This document shows positions 1 to 8,432 of a DNA stretch of 55,105 nucleotides, piece by piece. Position 1 is the first letter of the stretch. Every line of letters begins with the position of its first letter. The notes below the pieces were generated by a model that did no database searches, was not told the origin of the DNA, and worked only from the letters and a program-made list of their open reading frames with translations. Where the stretch lies: positions 1 through 55,105 of the forward strand of contig JACOXM010000004.1 in assembly GCA_016176285.1 (NCBI GenBank), written 5' to 3'. A program made the position numbers and the translations under genes. This DNA comes from Candidatus Giovannonibacteria bacterium. GTDB taxonomy: Bacteria > Patescibacteriota > Minisyncoccia > JACPKW01 > UBA11713.

Positions 1-17
1 TAAGTTAAAATTAATAA

Positions 18-992
18 ATGGGGAAAATACGCGTTGGAGTAATGAGGGGAGGGCCATCCTCGGAGTATGAAATATCTCTTCTAACCGGAGGGGAGGTTTT
101 GAGACATATTCCCAAGGATAAGTTCACCGCACACGATATTTTAATTTCTAGAGATGGGGTATGGCATATAGACGGCTTTCCCCAAGCGCCGAATAAATTA
201 TTAGATAAACTTGATGTAGTTTTTAACGCGCTTCACGGAGAATTCGGTGAGGATGGGAAGGTCCAGCAAATTCTCGAGTCATTTAAAATTCCTTACACCG
301 GCTCCGGCATTTTGCCATCAGCCATGTGTATAAGCAAATCAATATCAAAAAATGTTTTTTCTAAAGCGGGTCTGCAAACGGCTCGAAGCGTTTTATTCAA
401 AAAGGACACCCAAAACATTCCCGAAATGACTTATGAAACGCGCACAAAATTATTTCCACCATGGGTCGTAAAACCCAACAGCCGCGGTTCATCCGTGGGC
501 GTAACCATAGCGAGAACAATTCCGGAACTCCAGAAGAGCATTGAAAATTCCTTTGACTACGACAATGAAATTTTGATCGAAGAATTTATAGAAGGCAGGG
601 AAGCCACTTGCGGAGTTCTGGAAAACTTCAGGAATCAGGATTTATACGCCCTGCCTGTCGTGGAGATTATCCCTCCCCCCGGAAATTTCTTTGATTATCA
701 AGTTAAATATAACGGCGCGACTAGAGAAATCTGCCCGGGAAATTTTTCTCGTGGTATTTCGGATAAAATCCAATCCATAGCAGTCGCCGCGCACAAAGCC
801 CTCGGCCTTAAACATTATTCAAGAGCAGATTTTATAGTATCTTCCGATAAACACAGAGAGGGGATTTATATTTTGGAAGTTAATAGCCTCCCTGGACTTA
901 CATCCCAATCGCTTTTACCAAAAGCGGCTGAATCCATCGGCCTCTCATTCTCGAATCTGATCGATCACCTGATCACGTTAGCAAAATCGTGA
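18..992 (+). CDS. ddl: D-alanine--D-alanine ligase
   Basis: GGPSSEYEISL, LHGEFGEDG, PYTGSG, VKPNSRGSSVG, FFDYQVKY omega loop, EVNSLPG; ATP-grasp Ddl signature. Confidence 0.96.
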   Translation: MGKIRVGVMRGGPSSEYEISLLTGGEVLRHIPKDKFTAHDILISRDGVWHIDGFPQAPNKLLDKLDVVFNALHGEFGEDGKVQQILESFKIPYTGSGILPSAMCISKSISKNVFSKAGLQTARSVLFKKDTQNIPEMTYETRTKLFPPWVVKPNSRGSSVGVTIARTIPELQKSIENSFDYDNEILIEEFIEGREATCGVLENFRNQDLYALPVVEIIPPPGNFFDYQVKYNGATREICPGNFSRGISDKIQSIAVAAHKALGLKHYSRADFIVSSDKHREGIYILEVNSLPGLTSQSLLPKAAESIGLSFSNLIDHLITLAKS

Positions 993-2456
993 ATGAAACC
1001 ACTTAGTTGGATAGATAATTTTTTGAATTCAATAACGATGTACAGGCTTGTCCTGTACGGTCTTTTTGTTATTTCCGCTGTCGGAATATTTTTTGGATTT
1101 TCGGGAATTTTGGATTATTCCGGATTCTTTCTTATAATTTCCGCGGCGGCTTTGCTCATCTCCTGTTATATATCAAATTTAATTTTCTCAAAAATTTTTA
1201 GAGTTCCTGTAAATTCGGAGTCGGCCTTTATCACCGCGCTGATTCTTTTTTTGATTTTATCCCCGGCGGCAAATTTCGATGAATTCAGTATCTTGGCGCT
1301 CGCAGGGCTACTTTCAATGGCATCGAAATTTCTCATAGCTCCCCTTAAAAAACATATTTTCAATCCGGCCGCATTCGGGGCCGCGGCAATATTTTTACTG
1401 AATATCGGGGGCGCAATCTGGTGGGTGGCAAATCTTCCAATGCTTCCGATTGTTTCGGCGGTAGGCTTGCTTGTTGTAAGAAAAATAAGGAGATTCGATC
1501 TTTTTCTGTCTTTTCTTGTCGCTGGCCTTGCATCAATTTATTATTTTAATGGAATATTTGCAGAGGCTCTGGTTTCCTGGCCGATCCTATTTTTTGGAAC
1601 AATTATGCTCACAGAACCCCTTACAACGCCCCCAAAAGTAAAATGGCGTATTGCATACGGAATTCTAATAGGCCTCCTTTTTGGTTCTCAATTTAATATT
1701 TGGAGAATTTTTCCTACACCGGAAATTGTTCTTCTTCTTGGAAATATATTTTCTTACGCTGTCGGATTTAAACGAAAAATTATTTTAGAATTTAAGGAAA
1801 AATCCTTAATCGCAAAAGACACTTATGAATTTATTTTTTCGCCGCCGAAAAAACTACGATTCACTCCGGGAGAATATTTAGAGTGGACGCTTCCTCACAA
1901 AAATCCCGACACCAGAGGCGTGAGAAGATATTTTACCATTGCGTCTTCCCCAACGGAGAAGGATATAAAAATTGGCATAAAAATAATCAATCCTTCTTCG
2001 AGTTTTAAAACGGCTCTTTCAAATTTAAAAAAGGGGAGTAACATTTTCGCGGGCCAGCTTGATGGAGATTTTATTCTCCCCCAAAAAAAAGAAATAAAAA
2101 TTGCTTTTATTGCCGGCGGAATAGGCATCACGCCGTTTCGGAGCATGATAAGATTTTTAATTGATAGGGGAGAAAAAAGGGATATTACCATTTTTTACGC
2201 CGTAAATAATCCAGAAGATATAGCGTATAAGGATATTTTAAGCGAGGCTGAGAAGAAAATCGGGTTAAGGACCGAATATATTGTTCGACAATTTATTTCA
2301 GCCGAGCTGCTTAAAGAAAAACTTCCGGACTGGGATGAAAGAACGTTCTATATTTCTGGGCCGGATCCGATGGTGCGGTCAATTAAGCGCATTCTTTTGA
2401 ATGTGGGAGTAGCGCGCAGAAAAATAGTAACTGATTATTTTCCCGGGTATGCTTGA
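993..2456 (+). CDS. RnfD/NqrB-like membrane domain fused to FNR-type FAD/NAD(P)H oxidoreductase
   Basis: N-terminal multi-TM region with SAFITALIL, KHIFNPAA and MLTEPLTTP (RnfD/NqrB-like); C-terminal RYFTIASSP, AGGIGITPFRS and YISGPDPMV (FNR family). Confidence 0.88.
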   Translation: MKPLSWIDNFLNSITMYRLVLYGLFVISAVGIFFGFSGILDYSGFFLIISAAALLISCYISNLIFSKIFRVPVNSESAFITALILFLILSPAANFDEFSILALAGLLSMASKFLIAPLKKHIFNPAAFGAAAIFLLNIGGAIWWVANLPMLPIVSAVGLLVVRKIRRFDLFLSFLVAGLASIYYFNGIFAEALVSWPILFFGTIMLTEPLTTPPKVKWRIAYGILIGLLFGSQFNIWRIFPTPEIVLLLGNIFSYAVGFKRKIILEFKEKSLIAKDTYEFIFSPPKKLRFTPGEYLEWTLPHKNPDTRGVRRYFTIASSPTEKDIKIGIKIINPSSSFKTALSNLKKGSNIFAGQLDGDFILPQKKEIKIAFIAGGIGITPFRSMIRFLIDRGEKRDITIFYAVNNPEDIAYKDILSEAEKKIGLRTEYIVRQFISAELLKEKLPDWDERTFYISGPDPMVRSIKRILLNVGVARRKIVTDYFPGYA

Positions 2457-3320
2457 AAAAGATTCGCATAAATTTTCTTACGAATCTATGGGCACCCGGT
2501 GGGAGATTGCTATCTGGGATCCCCACTTGGAAGCCAGACTTTCAAATAAAATAATTGAAAAGTCCAAAGAGTTTGACAACCTCTATTCGCGATTTATAAA
2601 AGATTCTCTTGTCTGGAAAATAGCAGAAAACCCTGGCAAGCATGAAGTTCCAGCAGATTTAGTTAAAATGCTCCGTTTATATGAAGAGCTTTATTTGCCA
2701 TCAGAAAAAAAATTAAACCCGCTTATAGGGTTTGCGATCAGCGACTTAGGATATGACGCGGAATATTCGCTTAAAAAAATAAAACCGTGCGGCCTGTTCA
2801 TGATTATAATAAATCCATAAAAATACTTGACTCGACACATATCGAAACATTTGATTCTGTTTTGATAGATATCGGGGCGCTAGGAAAAGGATACTTCGTT
2901 GATAAATTAGATGAATATCTTAAGACGGAGAACATAAAAAAATTTTTAGTTAATGGGAGCGGGGATATTAGATATTTCGGGAACGAAAAAATCCAAGTCG
3001 GACTCGAACATCCATCTGATAAAAACAAAGTTATCGGAAAGGTTGATATGGGAACTGGGGCCATGTGCGCCTCCGGCTGCGATAGAAGGCAATGGGGCGA
3101 CTATCATCACATCATTGATCCGGCCTCGCTAACATCTCCGAAAAATATACTTTCCACGTGGGTTATAGCGGGCAACGCGGCCTTAGCTGATGCTTTGGCA
3201 ACCTGTCTTTTTTTAGCGCCTCCGGAAAATTTTGAGAGTAAATTCAAATTCGAATACTGCATTTTGAATTCCGAAATGCTTATAAAGAAGTCCGAAGGAT
3301 TCCACGCGGAATTTTATTGA
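2449..3320 (+). pseudogene. apbE: FAD:protein FMN transferase ApbE, split by a frameshift in an A7 run (ORFs 2449-2820 and 2787-3320)
   Basis: SMGT, YSRF..DSL and LNPLIG in the first ORF; DIGALGKGY, VNGSGDI, CASG, HHIIDP and ADALAT in the second; one extra A in 2773-2779 joins them. Confidence 0.88.
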
Positions 3321-3800
3321 TTAAGCTTTTGCCTGCAGCTTGATTTTCTCAAGCGCATCCATAAATCCCTTAGGCGTCAGCGAAGAGCCGTTTACGACAG
3401 TAAGATTTACTTCATCAATTGGTTTTCCAACAACCATCATCATAAAACCTTCCATGAATTTTCCCTGCATCATTTTTGTGGTCGGATTAGCCGGTTTTCC
3501 CATAAATTTCGCGCTTGTAATAATATCACCCTCGATTACAAGTTCAATCGTAACTTCTTCCCGCGACGCGGGTTCGGCATAATTTCCAACCGCGGTATAT
3601 GTCCCGTCCTTGTATTTGCGGATAATTGCGGAAGGAGTCGGCGAAACGGTAGGCGTAGGAGTGTCCGTTCCGCCAGTGTTATCGCTTATCTTTGCGGACC
3701 CACTATTCCTTAACCAATAAAACCCGACAAGCGCCAGAACAACAACAAGCAATCCGCCAATATATTTAATAAATGATTTTGAATTATTTTGATCTTCCAT
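3321..3800 (-). CDS. Membrane-anchored FMN-binding (flavinylation substrate) protein
   Basis: N-terminal TM, TPTPT linker, YKDGTYTAVGNY start typical of FMN_bind domains, C-terminal VNGSSLTPKGF motif, adjacent to apbE; ATG 3800 preferred over 3836. Confidence 0.8.
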   Translation of the reverse strand: MEDQNNSKSFIKYIGGLLVVVLALVGFYWLRNSGSAKISDNTGGTDTPTPTVSPTPSAIIRKYKDGTYTAVGNYAEPASREEVTIELVIEGDIITSAKFMGKPANPTTKMMQGKFMEGFMMMVVGKPIDEVNLTVVNGSSLTPKGFMDALEKIKLQAKA

Positions 3801-3831
3801 ACGTAATATTATAAAGGCTGACTTTTGTTCA

Positions 3832-3862
3832 TGCAAGAATTTTTGCCATCTATCGTCTAATA
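3832..3862 (+). promoter_or_regulatory. Candidate ECF-sigma promoter of the cupredoxin gene
   Basis: TGCAAG-N16-CGTCTAATA ending 15 nt before ATG 3878; same -10 and spacing as 22590-22620. Confidence 0.5.
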
Positions 3863-3877
3863 TCGTACAACACGCAT

Positions 3878-4291
3878 ATGAAAACTTTTATCATTATTTT
3901 AATATTAGTTGTTTTAGCTGGTTTGGGGTGGTATTTTTATTCACAAAACATGAATTATTCCGGAGGATTTCAGAATAATTCCACGCCGACTCCCACACCG
4001 ACTCCAAGCGCTGTTAACAACGAGATAGTGGTTAAAATCACCTCCGACGGGTTTTCGCCCTCTACACTCAACATTAAAGCGGGGGATACTGTTAAATTCA
4101 TAAATGACGACGCGGTAAAGCATTGGCCGGCTTCCGGTCCGCATCCGGCGCATACGCTTTGCCCCGGCTTTGACTCTAAACCGGGAATAAACCCGGGAGA
4201 GAGCTACTCGTTTAAATTCGCGGAAAGGAAAACCTGCCCGATGCACGACCATCTGAAGCCCACACTGACTGGAAAAATAGTAGTGGAGTAG
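3878..4291 (+). CDS. Membrane-anchored cupredoxin/plastocyanin-like protein
   Basis: TM, PT linker, GFSPSTLNIKAGDTVKFIN, H-W-P-A-S, PGESYSFKF, MHDHL..LTGKIVVE. Confidence 0.82.
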   Translation: MKTFIIILILVVLAGLGWYFYSQNMNYSGGFQNNSTPTPTPTPSAVNNEIVVKITSDGFSPSTLNIKAGDTVKFINDDAVKHWPASGPHPAHTLCPGFDSKPGINPGESYSFKFAERKTCPMHDHLKPTLTGKIVVE

Positions 4292-4360
4292 AAAATACTG
4301 ATAACCAAAAAGAATCCCAGGCGTTTTAATACGATAATAAGTACTTTAAAGGAGGTATAA

Positions 4361-4870
4361 ATGAAGATTGTTTATGCGGCTATTTTCGTTGTAGCCATGC
4401 CTGTTTTTGTTTTCGGAAAAGATTGCGGAGGTAATCTGGCGATCAAAATTCAGAAAGGGAATACGATCAGCGCGTTTGCTAATATCTTCGGAATTTCCGA
4501 GGCTGACATTCGTAAATTAAACTACGAGTTAAAATCTGACCAGTTGATCCCTGGTGAAGATCTTTGTCTGCCATTGCCTTCAAGTAATTACGCGGAAAGG
4601 CTGGAAACTGAAAATACAGATTTAAATCGAGAGAAAAACATTTGGTTGGACGAAAAACAAAAATTGAACGACCGAATTAAATATTTGGAAAAATGGACGT
4701 ACCGGCAGAACGTTGGGATTTTGATTTTGCTTCCATGGACTCTCTATTCCTTCGGGCAATTTCTAGGTTTTGCGCGTAGAAATATTATCGGCGTTAAAAC
4801 GGCCAGGCGACGATCTAAAATAAGCCGATATATAAATCTTGATTGGTTTGCCAATTTTTTTAGGAGATAA
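4361..4870 (+). CDS. LysM-domain protein with signal peptide, coiled coil and C-terminal TM
   Basis: IQKGNTISAFANIFGISEADIRKLN..LIPGEDLCLP is LysM-like; GGAGGT SD at 4351. Confidence 0.7.
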   Translation: MKIVYAAIFVVAMPVFVFGKDCGGNLAIKIQKGNTISAFANIFGISEADIRKLNYELKSDQLIPGEDLCLPLPSSNYAERLETENTDLNREKNIWLDEKQKLNDRIKYLEKWTYRQNVGILILLPWTLYSFGQFLGFARRNIIGVKTARRRSKISRYINLDWFANFFRR

Positions 4871-4884
4871 AGCAAACCAAATCC

Positions 4885-4908
4885 GCGGGAAGTCGTAAGG
4901 CTTCCCGC
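4885..4908 (+). terminator. Intrinsic terminator after the LysM gene
   Basis: GCGGGAAGTC-GTAA-GGCTTCCCGC followed by ATTTACTTTTT. Confidence 0.65.
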
Positions 4909-4941
4909 ATTTACTTTTTCTTAGTATAATAAATAAACTTT

Positions 4942-5012
4942 GGGCCTATAGCATAATGGTAGTGCACCCGGTTTGCATCCGGGGTGTGGGAGTTCGATTC
5001 TCCCTAGGTCCA
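4942..5012 (+). tRNA. tRNA-Ala(TGC), CCA not encoded
   Basis: Cloverleaf with acceptor GGGCCTA/TAGGTCC (G3:U70), anticodon arm CCCGG-TTTGCAT-CCGGG, T-loop GTTCGATTC; TATAAT upstream. Confidence 0.96.
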
Positions 5013-5037
5013 CAGACATAGAACAATATGGAAGAAT

Positions 5038-5065
5038 AAAAATGCCCTGGAAACGGGGTATTTTT
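5038..5065. terminator. Bidirectional terminator between tRNA-Ala and the methyltransferase
   Basis: AAAAATGCCCTG-GAAA-CGGGGTATTTTT. Confidence 0.6.
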
Positions 5066-5672
5066 ATTTGCGACAAATAATCTGAATCCAGTTTGTGTGC
5101 CCGGAGGGAACTACGTTCTCATAGCATATTTCCATGCCTGCATCGGCTACATACTTCCGTATCTCTGGTAAAGTAAAATAGCTGAAGAAACGTTCGTACT
5201 CATATCCATAATCGTCTTCTTTCAAAATCTCCTCCTCTTTCGCACCTTTTCGCTTCTGTTTAACAGCAATATATAAATATCCTCTATCTATTAACTTGTC
5301 TCGCAATCCCTTTATCACATCGCCAGCTTCTGATTTGGGAATATGCAATAAAACTGCTTGAGCTAGAATTCCGTTAAAGTTTTCCTTGAGCACACTCAAG
5401 TCTTTTATATCGGCTACACTAAAAGTTGCCCCTGGTACTTCTCGTTGAGCGATCTCCACCATCTTCTCTGAAAAATCTACTCCGACAACCTTTAGCCCCT
5501 TATCCAGTAGATATTTTGATTTAACCCCAGCACCACAACCAACATCCAATACTAGTGCGCCAGGTTTAAGAAAAGAGACAAATTTATCTGTACCCTCAAC
5601 CCACCACGTATCTCCGTGATGATCTTTAAACCAATCTTCTGCTATTCGATTGTAAGTCGCTTTTAAGTCCAC
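5064..5672 (-). CDS. Class I SAM-dependent methyltransferase
   Basis: VLDVGCGAG motif I, GVDFSEKM, AVLLHIP. Confidence 0.9.
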   Translation of the reverse strand: MDLKATYNRIAEDWFKDHHGDTWWVEGTDKFVSFLKPGALVLDVGCGAGVKSKYLLDKGLKVVGVDFSEKMVEIAQREVPGATFSVADIKDLSVLKENFNGILAQAVLLHIPKSEAGDVIKGLRDKLIDRGYLYIAVKQKRKGAKEEEILKEDDYGYEYERFFSYFTLPEIRKYVADAGMEICYENVVPSGHTNWIQIICRK

Positions 5673-5674
5673 AG

Positions 5675-6439
5675 TTATTCAAATTCTAAATATAGAGGGC
5701 TGTGGTCAGAAACTTCATCAGTCAAGACCTTGAAATCTTTTATAATAATTTCTTTGCTTGTTAAAGCGTAATCGGCAAACTTTTCCGCTTTGGTATAAAA
5801 ACTCGTACGCGTTGAAGTAATGTTGTGTTCCTTGATGAGATTGCTAAGTCCAAAATCCTCTAACTTTTTGATACTCTGTGTATCGGGCAGAAGATTAAAA
5901 TCGCCAGACATAACATACGGATTGGATAAAGTTTTCATAAACTGAATAATCCTGTCCGATTGCAATAATCTATCTCCGCTGTCGCCCTTACCGCCACCGT
6001 TCCACAAACCATGAAAATTCAAAATAGAGCGGTTGCCGTTTTTAGTTGCAATCGTGGCAAATTGAACATTCCGTGCATGAAAACCAACATCGCCTTCGGG
6101 GATATGACCTCTGTCTTTATAGACAAAAACATCACCTTCCGAAATCACATCTAAATCTTTTTTGATCAACATCATCAAGCCGTAGTGATCTAAATGATGT
6201 GGTTTGAAAAATGCCGTGTGGTTTTCAAGCAGAGTCGAAATTTCTTGCATTCCGTAAACCATGATGTTGGAGTGATCAATGCTAAGACCACCAGCAGAAT
6301 GACCCTCCAAATGTTCATACGGAGCAGACCAAATTTCTTGTAGACAAAAAATATCTACATCTTTATGGGCCGAAAAAAATGCTAGAAGTTTTTCCCTTCC
6401 TGCCCGACCGCCCCATGTATTTAACGATATAAGTTTCAT
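5675..6439 (-). CDS. Endonuclease/exonuclease/phosphatase (EEP) family protein
   Basis: ISLNTW, DIFCLQE, GDFN, DY and SDHSPL motifs. Confidence 0.9.
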   Translation of the reverse strand: MKLISLNTWGGRAGREKLLAFFSAHKDVDIFCLQEIWSAPYEHLEGHSAGGLSIDHSNIMVYGMQEISTLLENHTAFFKPHHLDHYGLMMLIKKDLDVISEGDVFVYKDRGHIPEGDVGFHARNVQFATIATKNGNRSILNFHGLWNGGGKGDSGDRLLQSDRIIQFMKTLSNPYVMSGDFNLLPDTQSIKKLEDFGLSNLIKEHNITSTRTSFYTKAEKFADYALTSKEIIIKDFKVLTDEVSDHSPLYLEFE

Positions 6440-6600
6440 TACGATTTTATTTTAGCATTTGTTCTGTGTGCCGCACAAAAAAATCAGAGCGTACGATTTA
6501 GTTCAGAGCCACCACGCACTCCGCGCGTGCCTCATTCGGGGTTCTGCTGGAAATGAGTCCGAACTTTTTGGTATAATGATCATTACTTCGCCAACAAACA

Positions 6601-6891
6601 ATGCGTATCGTATTCGAAAATTTTAATAAAAACATCCAAACCTTTGCACGCGATTGCGGATATAGGCCGCTTTCGGTAAATGCGGCAGGGGAGTGGAATT
6701 GCGTGAAAAGTCTCGCGGGAAGAGATTATCCGCGCTTTCATATGTATTTAAAAAAAGAAGGAAAAGCCGTTACGGCAAACATTCACCTGGACCAGAAAAA
6801 ACCGTCTTACGAAGGTTCAAGCGCGCACGGAGGAGATTACGATAGCGAAATTATTGCCGATGAAGCCAGGCGCATTTCTACCAAAATATAA
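6601..6891 (+). CDS. Hypothetical protein
   Basis: Clean ORF with TATAAT upstream; YPRFHMY and HLDQKKPSY..AH look conserved but function unknown. Confidence 0.7.
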   Translation: MRIVFENFNKNIQTFARDCGYRPLSVNAAGEWNCVKSLAGRDYPRFHMYLKKEGKAVTANIHLDQKKPSYEGSSAHGGDYDSEIIADEARRISTKI

Positions 6892-8173
6892 GCGAAAAAA
6901 TAGTCGCAACACTGGCGACTGCCATAATCAAAACGGTTAGCCAGCCAAACGAGCTTACGGCAGGATGATTTGTTTTCTCTTTCATTATTTCTTTATCACT
7001 GCTCATCCTGACAATTAATACGAGTACTATTGGCGCAATAATGCCATTTGCCACAGCGGAATATAATAAAGCCTTCATTGGATCCAAACCTATAAAATTC
7101 ATAGCGAGCCCGATTATCATTGCCGCAATGATCACTCCGTAGAAAGCGCGCGCCTCTTTTAATTTTCTAAATAAGCCGTATTTCCAGCCAAAACTTTCAG
7201 ATATGGCATAAGAAGCCGCGCCAGCTAAAACCGGAATCGCAAGCAGTCCGGAGCCGATAATGCCGACGGCAAAAAGAATAAAAGCAAAATCTCCAGCCAG
7301 TGGTTTAAGAGCAAGCGCCGCATCGGATGCAGTATTTATATTTGTTATACCAGCCGCGAAAAGCGTTCCCGCGGATGCGGCGATAATAAAAAACATAACA
7401 AGGTTTGAAAAAAACATTCCCGACCAAATATCAATTCGAACACGATGAACTTCATCGTCTGAAATATTCTGGTGCCAGGAGTGAGATCGCAGATGATGTT
7501 CAAGATGTTCCTCCTCAACTTCCTGGGAAGTCTGCCAAAAAAATAAATATGGGGAAATTGTCGTTCCTAAAACACCGCAGATTAAAATAATTTGCTCTTT
7601 TGAAAAAGTTAAAGAAGGTATAAACGCACGCGCTACAACTTCGCCCCAATTCAAATTGGTCATGATAGCGGATGCCGCGTAAGCCAGAAGTGAGATTGTG
7701 AGAAATTTTAGAAATTGGGAGTATCTTTCGTATTTAATAAGTATTTCCAAAAAGAGGCTTATAAGAGCAAAAAATATCAGTAAAAAATTAAAATTAATTT
7801 CCGGCAAAATCAGTTCCGTCGCTTTTGCCATAGCTCCCAAATCCGCTCCGATATTAATGGCGTTGGCAGTGAAAAGCAAAGCAGTGGTCGTAAATAAAAC
7901 CCATCGCGGGTAGTGCCGCCTTATATTCGCCGCCAGGCCATGGCCGGTTACAAGCCCGATCCTCGCGCACATTTCCTGGATAAATGCCATCAAGGGAAAG
8001 GTGAAGCCGGCCAGCCAGAGAAACTGGAATCCATGGCGCGCGCCCGCTTGGGAATACGTAGCAATACCGGAAGGATCATCATCCGCCGCCCCCGTAATCA
8101 AACCTGGTCCTAATTTCCTCCAATATCTTTCAGCCTGATGCAAAGGATTTTTGTCAATATTGTTTTTCCTCAA
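6878..8173 (-). CDS. NRAMP/SLC11-related divalent metal transporter
   Basis: LGPGLITGAADDDPSGIATYSQAGA, QEMCARIG, GTTISPY; about 11 TMs; TTG start. Confidence 0.9.
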   Translation of the reverse strand: MRKNNIDKNPLHQAERYWRKLGPGLITGAADDDPSGIATYSQAGARHGFQFLWLAGFTFPLMAFIQEMCARIGLVTGHGLAANIRRHYPRWVLFTTTALLFTANAINIGADLGAMAKATELILPEINFNFLLIFFALISLFLEILIKYERYSQFLKFLTISLLAYAASAIMTNLNWGEVVARAFIPSLTFSKEQIILICGVLGTTISPYLFFWQTSQEVEEEHLEHHLRSHSWHQNISDDEVHRVRIDIWSGMFFSNLVMFFIIAASAGTLFAAGITNINTASDAALALKPLAGDFAFILFAVGIIGSGLLAIPVLAGAASYAISESFGWKYGLFRKLKEARAFYGVIIAAMIIGLAMNFIGLDPMKALLYSAVANGIIAPIVLVLIVRMSSDKEIMKEKTNHPAVSSFGWLTVLIMAVASVATIFSLIFW

Positions 8174-8194
8174 GATATGTATATTTTAGCACAA

Positions 8195-8223
8195 AAAAAG
8201 GCCACCCAGTGGGTGGCCTTTTT
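8195..8223. terminator. Strong intrinsic terminator hairpin
   Basis: AAAAAGGCCACCC-AGT-GGGTGGCCTTTTT; U7 tail on the minus strand. Confidence 0.75.
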
Positions 8224-8432
8224 GCCCTGCCATAATGCAGGGCCCGCGTTCTTTAACTAATTCAAATTTTTAATGCGACCTTTCTCCTTACAGCTATTAG
8301 AACTGCTCTTTTTTTCTTAAAGTTTCACTTGGAAACATTTCATATATTAATGCGGTTTTAAATATTAGAAATAAAGTTTGATTAAAATTCAAATATTGAG
8401 TTTTTGCCTTTTTTATTCTATTCTTATCAGTA

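Noticed and set aside
3975-4010. Short CCGACT/CCCACA repeats
   Set aside because: They simply encode the Thr-Pro linker of the cupredoxin
5667-5674. GTCCACAG matching the tRNA-Ala 3-prime end as a possible att repeat
   Set aside because: Only 8 bp and coincides with the methyltransferase start codon; expected by chance
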